Source: an uncultured Candidatus Saccharibacteria bacterium
GTDB taxonomy: Bacteria; Patescibacteriota; Minisyncoccia; Minisyncoccales; CAYUYO01
Direction of reading: 5' to 3'
Assembly (NCBI GenBank): GCA_964449385.1
Contig: CAYUYO010000001.1
Coordinates: forward strand, 36,720-100,719
Length of the DNA: 64,000 bases
The notes under the pieces are model-generated. The model was not told the origin of the DNA, did not search any database, and was given only the letters and a program-made list of their open reading frames with translations. The position numbers were made by a program, and so were the translations under genes. This document shows positions 9,293-19,371 of this stretch, piece after piece (within the stretch, counting starts at the first letter, position 1; the number at the start of each line of letters is the position of its first letter).

Positions 9293-10556
9293 ATTCCCGC
9301 ATTTGCAATTGAGCGTTTATTTGCTTCACTGTTTCCAAAATTACAGCAACCACAATTAATAAAGCCGTTCCTCCAATTAAAAAGCTAAAAACCATTACTC
9401 CCGTTATTCCGCCAATAATTGACGGCATAACAGCAATCGTTCCCAAGAAAAGAGCACCGATTAACAAAACTCGATTTAAGATATAATACATGAAATTAGC
9501 CGTGCTTTCTCCCGGCCTGATTCCGGGAATAAATCCACCCATCTTCTTTAAATTAGTAGCAATAGCTTTTGGGTCAAAGGTAACAGCAGTATAAAAATAA
9601 GTAAAAAGAACAACTAATAAAAAATATGAGATTCCGTAAAACCAAGCATTCTCAAATAAATTTCCAATAGTTTGAGCAATATGTCCAATTGTTCCTCCAG
9701 CTCCTCCTAAAAAACCAGCAATCATACCTGGAAAAAGCATAATTGATAAAGCAAAAATTATTGGAATTACTCCAGCTGGGTTAACATTTAATGGTAAATA
9801 AGTGGAAACACCTCCATACATTTTCATTCCCCTTACTCTTTTAGCATAAGAAACAGGGATATTCCTGCGACCTTCATTAATCAAAACTACTCCGAAAATA
9901 ATAAACAAAGCCATGCCGAAAAAGAGTATATAGCTTGGCAGACGAGCCGGATCCCAAGTAACTAACATCTGTCGGACATTATTAGGAAAGTCAGCAATAA
10001 TTCCTGCAAAAATCATAAGAGAAACACCATTGCCAATTCCTTTTTCTGAAATCAGTTCTCCTAACCACATTAAAAATAAAGCTCCGGCAGTAATAGTTAA
10101 AATTGAAACAAGCAAAGCTATTGGCGACAAAACACCAATAGCTCCTTGACGTTGAAATAAACTAAGCATTGCATACCCCTGAAGAGCAGCTAATGGAACA
10201 GCAGCAATTCGGCAATATTGATTGAATTTTTGGCGGCCAGCTTCGCCTTCTTCTTTGTACATTTTTTCCAGTTGAGGAAAAATCATAGTCAATAATTGAA
10301 GAATAATCATAGCTGTAATATATGGACCTAATCCCAACATTACAATAGAAAGGTTATCTAATGCTCCGCCGGTAAACATATTTAAAAGACCAAACATTTG
10401 AAACTGATCAAAAAAACTTCTTAGATTTTCAGCATTAACTCCTGGCATGGGAATATTAGCCATTATGCGAAAAAGAGTAAAAGTACCTAAAACAAATAAT
10501 ATTTTGTTTCTTAAATCTCTGATCTTAAAAATTTGAATGATTTTGTTCAACCACAT
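9279..10556 (-). CDS. secY: Preprotein translocase SecY
   Basis: LGLGPYITA, GIGNGVSL, AGVIPIIFA, IPGIRPG; about 10 TM helices. Confidence 0.97.
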   Translation of the reverse strand: MWLNKIIQIFKIRDLRNKILFVLGTFTLFRIMANIPMPGVNAENLRSFFDQFQMFGLLNMFTGGALDNLSIVMLGLGPYITAMIILQLLTMIFPQLEKMYKEEGEAGRQKFNQYCRIAAVPLAALQGYAMLSLFQRQGAIGVLSPIALLVSILTITAGALFLMWLGELISEKGIGNGVSLMIFAGIIADFPNNVRQMLVTWDPARLPSYILFFGMALFIIFGVVLINEGRRNIPVSYAKRVRGMKMYGGVSTYLPLNVNPAGVIPIIFALSIMLFPGMIAGFLGGAGGTIGHIAQTIGNLFENAWFYGISYFLLVVLFTYFYTAVTFDPKAIATNLKKMGGFIPGIRPGESTANFMYYILNRVLLIGALFLGTIAVMPSIIGGITGVMVFSFLIGGTALLIVVAVILETVKQINAQLQMREYETF

Positions 10557-10557
10557 A

Positions 10558-11001
10558 TTATTTTATATTACCACCGGCTTTTTCTATTTTTTCTTTAGCT
10601 TGTTTTGAAAATTGACAATTTTCAATAATCAAAGCTTTTGTTAATTTTCCTTCTGCTAAAATTTTTACTTTAGGCAATTTCCCTTTTATTGTAGAAATTA
10701 TTTTTTTCTCAAGCAATACTTTAGGAGTTATTCTCTCTCCAGAATTAAATTTCTTTTCTAAAATATCCAAATTTAAAATAACAATTTCTGAATTTTGGTT
10801 TTTGACTTTTGGCTTAAATTTGTATCCTCTTAATTTTGGATACCTTTTTATTAAACCTCGAATAATCGGTTCGAATCTTCGCCCGGCTCGCGACCGTTGG
10901 CCCTTCATTCCTCGGCCCGAATAAGTTCCTTTCTTTCCTCCCCTACCTATTCTTTTCTTTGTCTTTAATTTATGTTTTGGTTTTAGTTGATGGAGTTGCA
11001 T
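10558..11001 (-). CDS. rplO: 50S ribosomal protein L15
   Basis: RIGRGGKKGTYSGRGMKGQRSR, AKEKIEKAGG. Confidence 0.95.
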   Translation of the reverse strand: MQLHQLKPKHKLKTKKRIGRGGKKGTYSGRGMKGQRSRAGRRFEPIIRGLIKRYPKLRGYKFKPKVKNQNSEIVILNLDILEKKFNSGERITPKVLLEKKIISTIKGKLPKVKILAEGKLTKALIIENCQFSKQAKEKIEKAGGNIK

Positions 11002-11467
11002 ATTTTAATTTTTTAAGCGCTATAATAGTAGCTCTTGCATTATTAAGTTTATTCCCGGTTCTACCTAAAATTTTAGACGAAATATTTTTTATCCCTACTA
11101 AGTTACAAATAACTCTTACGGTTCCACCAGCTACTAATCCTCTTCCTTTTCTTTGGGGTTTCAAAAGTACTCTAGCTGGACCAAACTTTGCATTAATTTC
11201 ATGGGAAATAGTATCCGAAACAATTGGAACATTAATTAAGTTCTTTTTAGCCAATTTGGTTGCTTTTTCAATTGCCTGAGCTACATCTGCTCCTTTAGCT
11301 ACTCCTAATCCAACTCTACCATTTTTATCTCCAATTATTATCACAGCTCTAAATCCTATCCTTCTCCCGCCAGCTCTGGTATGAGAAGTTCTTGCCAAAT
11401 CTAAAAGTTTTGATTCAAACTCCTGCTTTTTTTCCTCTTTATTTTTTTGAAAATTTCTTTTAAACAT
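10970..11467 (-). CDS. rpsE: 30S ribosomal protein S5
   Basis: GGRRIGFRA, GDKNGRVGLG, GLVAGG. Confidence 0.95.
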   Translation of the reverse strand: MFKRNFQKNKEEKKQEFESKLLDLARTSHTRAGGRRIGFRAVIIIGDKNGRVGLGVAKGADVAQAIEKATKLAKKNLINVPIVSDTISHEINAKFGPARVLLKPQRKGRGLVAGGTVRVICNLVGIKNISSKILGRTGNKLNNARATIIALKKLKYATPSTKTKT

Positions 11468-11468
11468 C

Positions 11469-11825
11469 TTAAAATTTTAATCCTTCTTCTCTTGCTTTAT
11501 CAGCTAAAGCTTTTATTCTACCATGATAAGCATAACCTGCTTTATCAAAAACAACTTTTTTAATTTTTTTCTTCAGGGCTTTCTCGGCAATTAATTTCCC
11601 AACTTCCTTAGCAATTTCAATTTTTGTTTTCTTGCCTTTAGATTTCATCTCTCGATCATCTGCTGCAGCTATTGTATGACCTTTTTCATCATCAATAAGT
11701 TGAGTATAAATATAATTTGCCGAGCGAAAAACACAAAGCCTGGGAATAGCTGCTGTTCCTTTTACTTTCGCCCTTACTCTTTTATGTCGTATGAATCTTT
11801 TTTCGCGTTTTATTTTAGTATCCAT
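11469..11825 (-). CDS. rplR: 50S ribosomal protein L18 (start moved to MDTKIK)
   Basis: [27 protein letters not shown]. Confidence 0.95.
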   Translation of the reverse strand: MDTKIKREKRFIRHKRVRAKVKGTAAIPRLCVFRSANYIYTQLIDDEKGHTIAAADDREMKSKGKKTKIEIAKEVGKLIAEKALKKKIKKVVFDKAGYAYHGRIKALADKAREEGLKF

Positions 11826-11829
11826 AAAA

Positions 11830-12372
11830 TTACATTGAGGTAGTGGCTTTCTTTCCAACCTTCTTTTTAATTATTTCTCCTTGATATCTAATTCCTTTTC
11901 CCTTATAAGGTTCGGGAGGTTTAACTTTTTTTATTTTAGATGCAAAAAGACCAACTTTCTCTTTATCAATTCCTGAAACAATAATAATATTTTTTTCTAC
12001 TGAAAATTTTATACCCTGTGGCGCTTTTATTCTAACCAAGTGACTAAAACCAACAGATAAAACTATTTCTTCTCCTTCTATAGAAGCCTTAAAGCCTAAT
12101 CCTTGTATCTCTAATTTTTTTTCATAACCTTCGGTTGTCCCTAAAACCATATTAGCTATAAGGGCTCGGGTTAATCCCCAAAAAGCTTTAGTTTTTTTGG
12201 TTTCATCTTTAGGTGAAACCAAAATTTGATTTTCTTTAATCTCAACTTTAATTTCCGGCCGAATTTCCCGAAAAAGTTCACCTTTTGGTCCTTTAATAAC
12301 AATTTTTTGGCCTTCAATTTTAGCCTCTATATTTTCCGGTATTTGAATTGGTTTTTTACCTATACGACTCAT
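11830..12372 (-). CDS. rplF: 50S ribosomal protein L6
   Basis: [21 protein letters not shown]. Confidence 0.96.
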   Translation of the reverse strand: MSRIGKKPIQIPENIEAKIEGQKIVIKGPKGELFREIRPEIKVEIKENQILVSPKDETKKTKAFWGLTRALIANMVLGTTEGYEKKLEIQGLGFKASIEGEEIVLSVGFSHLVRIKAPQGIKFSVEKNIIIVSGIDKEKVGLFASKIKKVKPPEPYKGKGIRYQGEIIKKKVGKKATTSM

Positions 12373-12373
12373 A

Positions 12374-12769
12374 TTATTTACAAATTTCACATAATACTTC
12401 TCCTCCCAATTTTTGTTTTCTGGCTTTTTTATCAGTCATAAGTCCTTTAGGAGTAGAAATTATAGCTATTCCATAACCACCTTTTATTGGTTTAAGCTCT
12501 TTAGCTTTTTTATAAATTCTCTGACCCGGCCTTGAAATTCTCTTCAGTTCATAAATTATCGGAGATTTATCTTTACTTTTTTTTAATGTAATTTCAATAA
12601 TTCTTTTTATTCCCCTTCCTTTTTTTTCAACTTTCATAATAAATTCTTCTTTCTCTAAAATTTTAGCAATTTCATATTTTAACTTAGAAAAAGGACACTC
12701 TAATGTATCTTTTAATACGGCTTGGGCATTTCTTATTCTATTTAATATGTCTGTTATTGGATCAGTCAT
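12374..12769 (-). CDS. rpsH: 30S ribosomal protein S8
   Basis: MTDPITDILNRIRNA, SRPGQRIY, STPKGLMT, GGEVLC. Confidence 0.96.
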   Translation of the reverse strand: MTDPITDILNRIRNAQAVLKDTLECPFSKLKYEIAKILEKEEFIMKVEKKGRGIKRIIEITLKKSKDKSPIIYELKRISRPGQRIYKKAKELKPIKGGYGIAIISTPKGLMTDKKARKQKLGGEVLCEICK

Positions 12770-12773
12770 AATT

Positions 12774-12959
12774 TTACCAGGAAGACTTTTTAATTCCAGG
12801 TATTTTCCCTTGATTTGCTAATTCTCTAAAACATATTCGGCATAAACCAAATTTGCGAAGATATCCTCTTTTTCTCCCACAGCGAAAACATCGTCTTACA
12901 ACTCGACTTTTGAATTTTGGTTCCCTTTTTGATTTAACAATTTGCGCTTTCGTAGTCAT
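12774..12959 (-). CDS. rpsZ: 30S ribosomal protein S14 type Z
   Basis: [27 protein letters not shown]. Confidence 0.95.
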   Translation of the reverse strand: MTTKAQIVKSKREPKFKSRVVRRCFRCGRKRGYLRKFGLCRICFRELANQGKIPGIKKSSW

Positions 12960-12966
12960 AATAATA

Positions 12967-13527
12967 TCACTGCGTTTTTATCGGAAATCCCATTAATTTT
13001 AATAATTCCAGACCTTCTTCTCTTGTTTTTGCCATAGTCACCACAGTTATTTCTAAACCGAAAATAATCTTTGTTTTTTCCGGTAAAATTTCAGGAAAAG
13101 TAATATGTTCATTAATTCCAATGGTTAAATTTCCTTTTTTATCAATGGATTTTACATCTATTCCTCGAAAGTCTCTGGATCTCGGTAAAACAATATGAAT
13201 TAATCTTTCCAAAAAATCAAACATTAATTTTTTCCTTAAAGTAACGGCAGCTCCAATTATCATTCCTTCACGAGTTTTGAAAACAGCAATTGATTTCTTA
13301 GCTTTAGTCAGAACTGGCTTCTGTCCGCAGATTAAAGCTAAATCTTCTGAAATAGATTGGCAAATTTTTTTCTGTTCGTCTGAAGATTTATCAGAAATTA
13401 ACTTTCCAAAACCGGTATTAACTACCACTTTTTCAATTTTCGGAACAGCCATTTTACTTTTATAACCAAACTTCTTCATCATTTCAACAACTACTTCTTT
13501 TTCATATTTTTCAGGTAAATGTAACAT
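12967..13527 (-). CDS. rplE: 50S ribosomal protein L5
   Basis: [23 protein letters not shown]. Confidence 0.96.
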   Translation of the reverse strand: MLHLPEKYEKEVVVEMMKKFGYKSKMAVPKIEKVVVNTGFGKLISDKSSDEQKKICQSISEDLALICGQKPVLTKAKKSIAVFKTREGMIIGAAVTLRKKLMFDFLERLIHIVLPRSRDFRGIDVKSIDKKGNLTIGINEHITFPEILPEKTKIIFGLEITVVTMAKTREEGLELLKLMGFPIKTQ

Positions 13528-13534
13528 ATTTATT

Positions 13535-13840
13535 TTATACTTCCTGCTGACATTTTTTACAAATTCTATGTTTTTTCTTTTCGACTATTTTATAACCTAT
13601 CCTTGTTGCCTTACCACACTTTGGACAAATCAGTTTAATATTAGAAATATCAATAGGACCGGGCATCTCAACAATCTGGCCTTTTTCTCCTGTTTTTTTT
13701 GGCTTCTGGTGTTTTTTTCTTAAATTAACTCCTTCTATTAAAACTCGCTTTCTCTCTGGAAAAACTTCTAAAACCTTACCTTTCTTTCCTTTACTTTTTC
13801 CTGAAATTATTAAAACTGTATCGTCTTTATGTATTTTCAT
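13535..13840 (-). CDS. rplX: 50S ribosomal protein L24
   Basis: DTVLIISGKSKGKKGKV, EGVNLRKKHQKP. Confidence 0.96.
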   Translation of the reverse strand: MKIHKDDTVLIISGKSKGKKGKVLEVFPERKRVLIEGVNLRKKHQKPKKTGEKGQIVEMPGPIDISNIKLICPKCGKATRIGYKIVEKKKHRICKKCQQEV

Positions 13841-13845
13841 CTTAT

Positions 13846-14217
13846 TTATACAAGTTCTTCGGCTAAATTAGCTATTTTATTAAATCCCTTTTCCCTGATT
13901 TCTCGCGGTATTGGACCTAAAATTCTTCCTCCTTTTGGCTCTTTTGTTTTTCCTTCTAAAATTACACAAGCATTATCGTCAAAGCGAATATAGGAACCAT
14001 CTTTCCTTCGAAAAGCTCTCCTTTGTCTGACAATCACTGCTTGTACTATTTCATGTTTTTTAACTAACCTTCTCGGTTCTGCTTCTTTTACCGTAGCTAC
14101 AATACATTCTCCAATCTGAGAATATCTTTTACGAGTACTGCCTAAAACTCGAAAGCATTGAACAATTTTTGCTCCGGTATTATCAATTACTTTTAACATT
14201 GTTTGTGGTTGGATCAT
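13846..14217 (-). CDS. rplN: 50S ribosomal protein L14
   Basis: MIQPQTMLKVIDNTGAK, IRFDDNACV. Confidence 0.96.
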   Translation of the reverse strand: MIQPQTMLKVIDNTGAKIVQCFRVLGSTRKRYSQIGECIVATVKEAEPRRLVKKHEIVQAVIVRQRRAFRRKDGSYIRFDDNACVILEGKTKEPKGGRILGPIPREIREKGFNKIANLAEELV

Positions 14218-14444
14218 ATTTTTTTTATTACTTTCCACCGTTTATCTCTGCTTATCGGTCGGCATTCTTCAATAACCACCATATCGCCTATTTTATATTC
14301 CTCTTTTTCAAAATGAGCTTTATATTTGTTATGAAACTTATATCTCCTTTTATATTTAGGATGTTCTTTTATGGTTTCAACTTTAACTACAACCGTTTTA
14401 GGCATTTTATCAGAAATAATTTTTCCAGTTAATTGTTTTTTCAT
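14214..14444 (-). CDS. rpsQ: 30S ribosomal protein S17
   Basis: SDKMPKTVVV, HPKYK, ECRPISRDKRW. Confidence 0.96.
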   Translation of the reverse strand: MKKQLTGKIISDKMPKTVVVKVETIKEHPKYKRRYKFHNKYKAHFEKEEYKIGDMVVIEECRPISRDKRWKVIKKI

Positions 14445-14620
14445 TTTTTTGATATTGTCATTATTCTTGCAATGTCTTTTTTAATATTCCTAATCTCTTT
14501 AACATTTTTAACTTTTCCAGCTGCTAAGTCAAAATATAAAACTCGTAATTTCTCTTCTTTACTATTTAAGAGTTTCTTTAATTCTGCTTTGGATTTTTGT
14601 CTTAATTCTGCTACTTTCAT
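14441..14620 (-). CDS. rpmC: 50S ribosomal protein L29 (not in ORF track)
   Basis: Manual translation [14 protein letters not shown]...[24 protein letters not shown]; canonical position. Confidence 0.9.
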   Translation of the reverse strand: MKVAELRQKSKAELKKLLNSKEEKLRVLYFDLAAGKVKNVKEIRNIKKDIARIMTISKK

Positions 14621-15027
14621 TTTTTAACAAATTTTGTTCTTATTGGCAACTTATCGGCAGCTTTTTTGAAAGCATCCTTGGCTATTTCTTCTTTTATTCC
14701 TTCAAGTTCAAAAATAATTCTGCCTGGCTTAATAGGAAAAGCATAATGGTCAACCGAACCTTTTCCTCCGCCCATTGGCACTTCTGTTCCTTTTCTGGTT
14801 ATGGGTTTGTCAGGAAAAATTCTAATCCAAAGTTTTCCTCCTCGCTTCAAATATCTAATAATCGCTCTTCTACTGGCTTCAAGTTGTCTGGCAGAAATCC
14901 AACAGCTACCCAATGATTTTAAGCCAAAAGAGCCAAAAGCAATTTCGGTTCCCCGAAAAGATTTCCCTTTTGACCTTCCTTTTCTCCATTTTCGATGTTT
15001 TACTTTTTTCGGCATTAATATTGGCAT
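14617..15027 (-). CDS. rplP: 50S ribosomal protein L16
   Basis: [23 protein letters not shown]. Confidence 0.96.
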   Translation of the reverse strand: MPILMPKKVKHRKWRKGRSKGKSFRGTEIAFGSFGLKSLGSCWISARQLEASRRAIIRYLKRGGKLWIRIFPDKPITRKGTEVPMGGGKGSVDHYAFPIKPGRIIFELEGIKEEIAKDAFKKAADKLPIRTKFVKK

Positions 15028-15031
15028 AAAA

Positions 15032-15718
15032 TTAAAACTTTTCTCCTTTGTATATCCAAACCTTTATTCCAATTACTCCATAAGTACAATGAGCTTCAGT
15101 AAGAGCATAATCTATTTCCGCTCTAATAGTCTGGCGAGGCATTTTGCCTTCTTTTAATAATATTCTCCTGGCAATTTCCGCTCCACCCAATCGTCCGGAT
15201 ATTTCTAACCGGCATCCCTTTGTTTCTCTGGAAGATAAAATTTTACTTAAAGCTTGTTTTAAAGCCCGCCTTGGATGAATTCTCCTTTCAATTTGTTGAG
15301 CAATCCATTGACCGGCTAAAGAAGCCGAAGACCACGGATCTTTAATCTCTTTAATTTCCAATCTTATTTCTCGTTTGTCTTCTTCAGTTACCTGAGCATT
15401 AGCGAAGGATGAAGCTTTAGCTTTATCTCCTAGTTTAAGTTTATTAATTAACTCTTTTTTCAACATCTCAACTCCCTCTCCCCCTCTTCCAATAATTAAA
15501 CCGGGCCTTGCGGAAGAAATTATAATATTTGTTTTTCTTGGAAATCTTTCAATTTCAATTTTTTCTATTCCTATTTTTCCTAATTTTTTTTCTAAGAAGT
15601 TTCTTATTTTTAAATCTTCTTCTAGATATTGAGGAAATTTCTTACGATAAAAACCCCTGGAATCCCAGTCATTTATCTCTTTTAATCTAAATATTTTTGG
15701 ATGGACTCTATGTGACAT
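15032..15718 (-). CDS. rpsC: 30S ribosomal protein S3
   Basis: [35 protein letters not shown]. Confidence 0.96.
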   Translation of the reverse strand: MSHRVHPKIFRLKEINDWDSRGFYRKKFPQYLEEDLKIRNFLEKKLGKIGIEKIEIERFPRKTNIIISSARPGLIIGRGGEGVEMLKKELINKLKLGDKAKASSFANAQVTEEDKREIRLEIKEIKDPWSSASLAGQWIAQQIERRIHPRRALKQALSKILSSRETKGCRLEISGRLGGAEIARRILLKEGKMPRQTIRAEIDYALTEAHCTYGVIGIKVWIYKGEKF

Positions 15719-15719
15719 A

Positions 15720-16229
15720 TTAAAATGCTTTTCGTCTAAATATTCTTTTTAATCCTCTTTCAATTTTTGGTTTTTTTATTTTCGTTTCCGGTTTTAATTT
15801 AGGTTTCTCAACTTTAATTGTTTTTTCTATTTTTTTAACTTTTGCCGGTTTTTCTATCTTCTTAATTTTCTTTATTTTATGAGAAGTTCCTTTTATAAGT
15901 TCATCAAGAACTATGGTAATATGAGAAGTTTTCTTCTGGATTTGTTCAGCTTTACCACGAGAGCGAGCTCGCCATCTTTTGTACTTTGGACCCTCATCAA
16001 CTAAAATTTTAGTGATAAAAAGATTTGATTCATTTAATTGAAAATTATTTTTAGCATTAGCTATTGCTTGTTTTAAGAGTTTCAATAAAGGAAGAGAAGC
16101 TTTTTTGATTGTAAAATTTAAAATATTTTGAGCTTCCTCAATTTTTTTTCCACGAATTAAATTCGCAACTAGCCTCACTTTTCGTGAAGCAATTTTTAAA
16201 TAACGCAATTTAGCAGTAACAGTTACCAT
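15720..16229 (-). CDS. rplV: 50S ribosomal protein L22 with Lys-rich C-terminal extension
   Basis: ASRKVRLVANLIRG, VDEGP, TSHITIVL; start moved to MVTVTAK. Confidence 0.94.
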   Translation of the reverse strand: MVTVTAKLRYLKIASRKVRLVANLIRGKKIEEAQNILNFTIKKASLPLLKLLKQAIANAKNNFQLNESNLFITKILVDEGPKYKRWRARSRGKAEQIQKKTSHITIVLDELIKGTSHKIKKIKKIEKPAKVKKIEKTIKVEKPKLKPETKIKKPKIERGLKRIFRRKAF

Positions 16230-16230
16230 A

Positions 16231-16530
16231 TTATTTAGTAGTAGTAGTTGTCTTTTGTTCCATTTCTCTTTGCATTCTTCCTCCATGTCGGGAAAATTTC
16301 GTAGTAGGAGAAAATTCTCCAAGACGATGTCCAACCATTTCTTCGGTAGCTTGAACCGTTATAAACTCCCGACCGTTATGAACGCCAAAAGTAAAACCAA
16401 TCATTTCTGGACAAATTGTACAGTTTCTTGACCAGGTTTTAATAATTTCTTTCTGACCAGGTTTTAATTTCTTAATCTTTTTTAATAATTTTTCGTCCAA
16501 ATAAGGACCTTTTTTTAAACTTCTAGACAT
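16231..16530 (-). CDS. rpsS: 30S ribosomal protein S19
   Basis: [24 protein letters not shown]. Confidence 0.97.
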   Translation of the reverse strand: MSRSLKKGPYLDEKLLKKIKKLKPGQKEIIKTWSRNCTICPEMIGFTFGVHNGREFITVQATEEMVGHRLGEFSPTTKFSRHGGRMQREMEQKTTTTTK

Positions 16531-16533
16531 AAT

Positions 16534-17325
16534 TTATTTTTTCCTTTTCTTTTTCTTTCTTCTTTTAATAATAAGCTTATTTGTCCATTTATTTTTCTTT
16601 CGCGTTTTCACTCCTAAAGCCGGTTTTCCCCAAGGAGTTTTCGGATATTTTAATCCAATTGAACTTCTTCCTTCTCCTCCTCCGTGAGGATGGTCAACAG
16701 GATTCATTGCTATACCACGAACAACTGGCCGCCAACCCTTTAGTCTTTTTCTACCAGCTTTTCCCATCTTTTCAAAATGATATTCAGTTCTACATACTTG
16801 ACCGATTGTAGCATAACATTCTTGGGAAACTTTTCTAACTTCTGAAGAAGGCATATCTAAAAGACAGAAGGTTTCTTCCTGTGCTAATATTTTAGCTGAA
16901 GTACCAGCTCCCTTCACTAATTTTCCCCCTCTTCCTTGCTCTAATTCAATATTAAACACCTCTGTCCCAACTGGAATATTTTTTAATCTCATTCGATTGC
17001 CGATTTTAATTTCTGCTTTTTCTGAAATTATTACTTCGTCTCCAATTTTTAAATCTTTAGCAGCTATCCTATACCGTTTCTCTTTGTTTTGATATTCCAA
17101 AAGACAAAGAAAAGCTGTACGGTTTGGGTCATATTCAATAGCTATAACTTTAGCTGGAATATCTATTAAAATTTCTCCAAAATCAACAGTTCTATAGCAT
17201 TTTCTTGATCCTCCTCCTCTATGACGTACAGTTATACGGCCTGCAAAATTTCTACCAGCTCTTTTTTTAAGAGATATAAGTAATTTTCTTTCCGGTTTTT
17301 TTTTAGTTAATATTTTATATTTCAT
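16534..17325 (-). CDS. rplB: 50S ribosomal protein L2
   Basis: GRITVRHRGGG, IEYDPNR, MNPVDHPHGGGEG. Confidence 0.97.
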   Translation of the reverse strand: MKYKILTKKKPERKLLISLKKRAGRNFAGRITVRHRGGGSRKCYRTVDFGEILIDIPAKVIAIEYDPNRTAFLCLLEYQNKEKRYRIAAKDLKIGDEVIISEKAEIKIGNRMRLKNIPVGTEVFNIELEQGRGGKLVKGAGTSAKILAQEETFCLLDMPSSEVRKVSQECYATIGQVCRTEYHFEKMGKAGRKRLKGWRPVVRGIAMNPVDHPHGGGEGRSSIGLKYPKTPWGKPALGVKTRKKNKWTNKLIIKRRKKKKRKK

Positions 17326-17345
17326 TTATCAAAATAAATTCTTAA

Positions 17346-17630
17346 TTATCTTGGTAATACTTCTATCTTTTGTCCTTCTTTAATTTTAACAACAGCTTTT
17401 TTATAACTCTTTCTGAATCCGGATTTTTTTCCTAATCTTCTTTTCTTTCTTGGAATTTTAATAATATTCACTGCTACAACACTAACTCCGTAAATATCCT
17501 CAACTGCTTTTTTAATTTCCGGTTTATTCGTCCTTGACCAAACTTTAAAAACATACTGATTTTTTTTAACCAAATCGGTTGCTTTTTCTGTAACCTGAGG
17601 AGCTTTTAAAATTTTATATACTTGACTCAT
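17346..17630 (-). CDS. rplW: 50S ribosomal protein L23
   Basis: PQVTEKA, NQYVFKV, KKAVVK. Confidence 0.95.
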   Translation of the reverse strand: MSQVYKILKAPQVTEKATDLVKKNQYVFKVWSRTNKPEIKKAVEDIYGVSVVAVNIIKIPRKKRRLGKKSGFRKSYKKAVVKIKEGQKIEVLPR

Positions 17631-17631
17631 T

Positions 17632-18282
17632 TTATTTTAGAAATGTTTCTTTTATTACTTTTAACGATCCTTTGGCTATTATTAAATATTTAAAAGAAAG
17701 TAAATCCAAAGCGTTTAAGTCTTTTGCTTGGATAGTTTTAATTCCGGAAAGATTTTTAGTAGCCAAAATAACATCTTTTTTCAATTCATCTAAAACAATT
17801 AAGCAAGAACCCTTTTCAGAAAAAATCTTTGTTTTTAATTTCCAATTTTTAATTATTTCAGCTAAAATTTTAGTTTTTGGTTTTTCAATATTAATTTTAT
17901 CAAAAATTAAAGTTAAATTATTTTTAACTTTAGATGATAAAATCATAAATAGGGCTTTTCTTTGCATTTTTTTATTAAGCTTTTTTTTAAAAACTCTTTC
18001 TTTGGTTGGCCCAAAAGTTACTCCTCCTCCGCGCCACAAAGGAGAACGATTAGAGCCCACTCTTGCTCTACCTGTTCCTTTTTGCCGCCAAGGTTTTTTT
18101 CCACCACCGCTTACTTCTCCTCTTCCCTTGGTATGAGCTATTCGTTTTCTCCGATTAGCCATTTGAGAAGTCACAATTTGATAAACTAAATCAGGATTAA
18201 CAGCAACCTCAAAAATCTCTTTTGACAATAAAGTTGTCCCAACCTCTTCTCCTTTTTGATTATAAATCGGTATTTTTAACAT
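17632..18282 (-). CDS. rplD: 50S ribosomal protein L4
   Basis: GGGKKPWRQKGTGRAR, WRGGGVTFGP. Confidence 0.97.
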   Translation of the reverse strand: MLKIPIYNQKGEEVGTTLLSKEIFEVAVNPDLVYQIVTSQMANRRKRIAHTKGRGEVSGGGKKPWRQKGTGRARVGSNRSPLWRGGGVTFGPTKERVFKKKLNKKMQRKALFMILSSKVKNNLTLIFDKINIEKPKTKILAEIIKNWKLKTKIFSEKGSCLIVLDELKKDVILATKNLSGIKTIQAKDLNALDLLSFKYLIIAKGSLKVIKETFLK

Positions 18283-18885
18283 TTAAGAATTTGAAATTTC
18301 AAGAAGTGTTCCTTTTCTTCCTGGAACAGCTCCTTTTATCACTAATAAATTATTTTCTTTGTCTATTTTTACAATTTTTAAATTTTTAACTGTTACCCTC
18401 TCTGCTCCCATACGACCCGGCATCTTTCTTCCTTTAATTACCCTTTCCGGATAAGCACTACCTACTGAACCTAAAGTTCGTTCTTCGTGTTTTACTCCAT
18501 GAGTAGCATTTCTTCCATGAAATCCCCATCTTTTAACTCCTCCTTGAAAACCTTTTCCTTTAGAAATTCCGCTTACTTTTACTTTGTCTCCTTTTTGAAA
18601 AATAGAAGTATTAATTTCGTCACCAACTTTATATTTGGCTTCGTCATCCGATAAATTACTAAATTCTCTAAGATATTTAAATTCTTTTCCTTTTTCTGTT
18701 TTTTTAATTTTTTTCTTTTTTGGTAAAAAACCAATTTGAATAGCTTCATAACCATCTTTCTCTTTAGTTTTTATTTGACTAATTTTACACGGTCCTGCCG
18801 TAATCAAAGTCAAGGGAATTACTTCTCTTTTTTCATTAAACATTTGAGACATTCCAATTTTTAAACCAAGAATAAATTTTGTCAT
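18283..18885 (-). CDS. rplC: 50S ribosomal protein L3
   Basis: GLKIGMSQ, DGYEAIQIG, SKGKGFQG, KGAVPG; start moved to MTKFILG. Confidence 0.96.
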   Translation of the reverse strand: MTKFILGLKIGMSQMFNEKREVIPLTLITAGPCKISQIKTKEKDGYEAIQIGFLPKKKKIKKTEKGKEFKYLREFSNLSDDEAKYKVGDEINTSIFQKGDKVKVSGISKGKGFQGGVKRWGFHGRNATHGVKHEERTLGSVGSAYPERVIKGRKMPGRMGAERVTVKNLKIVKIDKENNLLVIKGAVPGRKGTLLEISNS

Positions 18886-18983
18886 CGAATTTAATAATAA
18901 TTTAAAACCGGGCATAGCCCGGCTCTAATCCGTGACTATTAAATTAAGATTTAAATTCTTAAAAAATTAATTTCAACATTTTA

Positions 18984-19012
18984 ATTATAGAACAAAAACT
19001 TATCTTTGTAAA
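18984..19012 (-). promoter_or_regulatory. Sigma70-type promoter for rplC operon, internal to S10 cluster
   Basis: TTTACA-17-TATAAT on minus strand, about 100 nt upstream of rplC. Confidence 0.6.
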
Positions 19013-19036
19013 CCGAGTTTCCACACTTACCGATAT

Positions 19037-19363
19037 TTACATTTTTATTTCTATTTCTACACCGGCTGGCAAAGTTAAATTCATCAAGGCATCAATCAAT
19101 TTCGGATTTGGAGTCAAAATATCAATCAATCTTTTATGGGTTCTCATTTCAAATTGTTCCCGACTGTCTTTATGAACAAACGAGGAGCGATTAACAGTAT
19201 ATTTATGAGTTTCAGTTGGTAATGGCACAGGGCCGGAAACTTCTATTCCGTAACGCAAAGCTGTTTCAATAATCTGTTTAGCAGAATTATCAATTACCTT
19301 GCTATCATAAGCCCGTAGCTTTATACGGATTTTCGGTTTTACTTCAAGATCCTCTTTTGTCAT
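19037..19363 (-). CDS. rpsJ: 30S ribosomal protein S10
   Basis: [35 protein letters not shown]. Confidence 0.97.
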   Translation of the reverse strand: MTKEDLEVKPKIRIKLRAYDSKVIDNSAKQIIETALRYGIEVSGPVPLPTETHKYTVNRSSFVHKDSREQFEMRTHKRLIDILTPNPKLIDALMNLTLPAGVEIEIKM

Positions 19364-19371
19364 TTGGACTT

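Noticed and set aside
8745-9359. Long antisense ORFs (e.g. 8745-9359, 17672-18136, 21190-21576, 51698-52069, 56294-56641)
   Set aside because: Shadow frames opposite well-supported genes, with no recognisable motifs.
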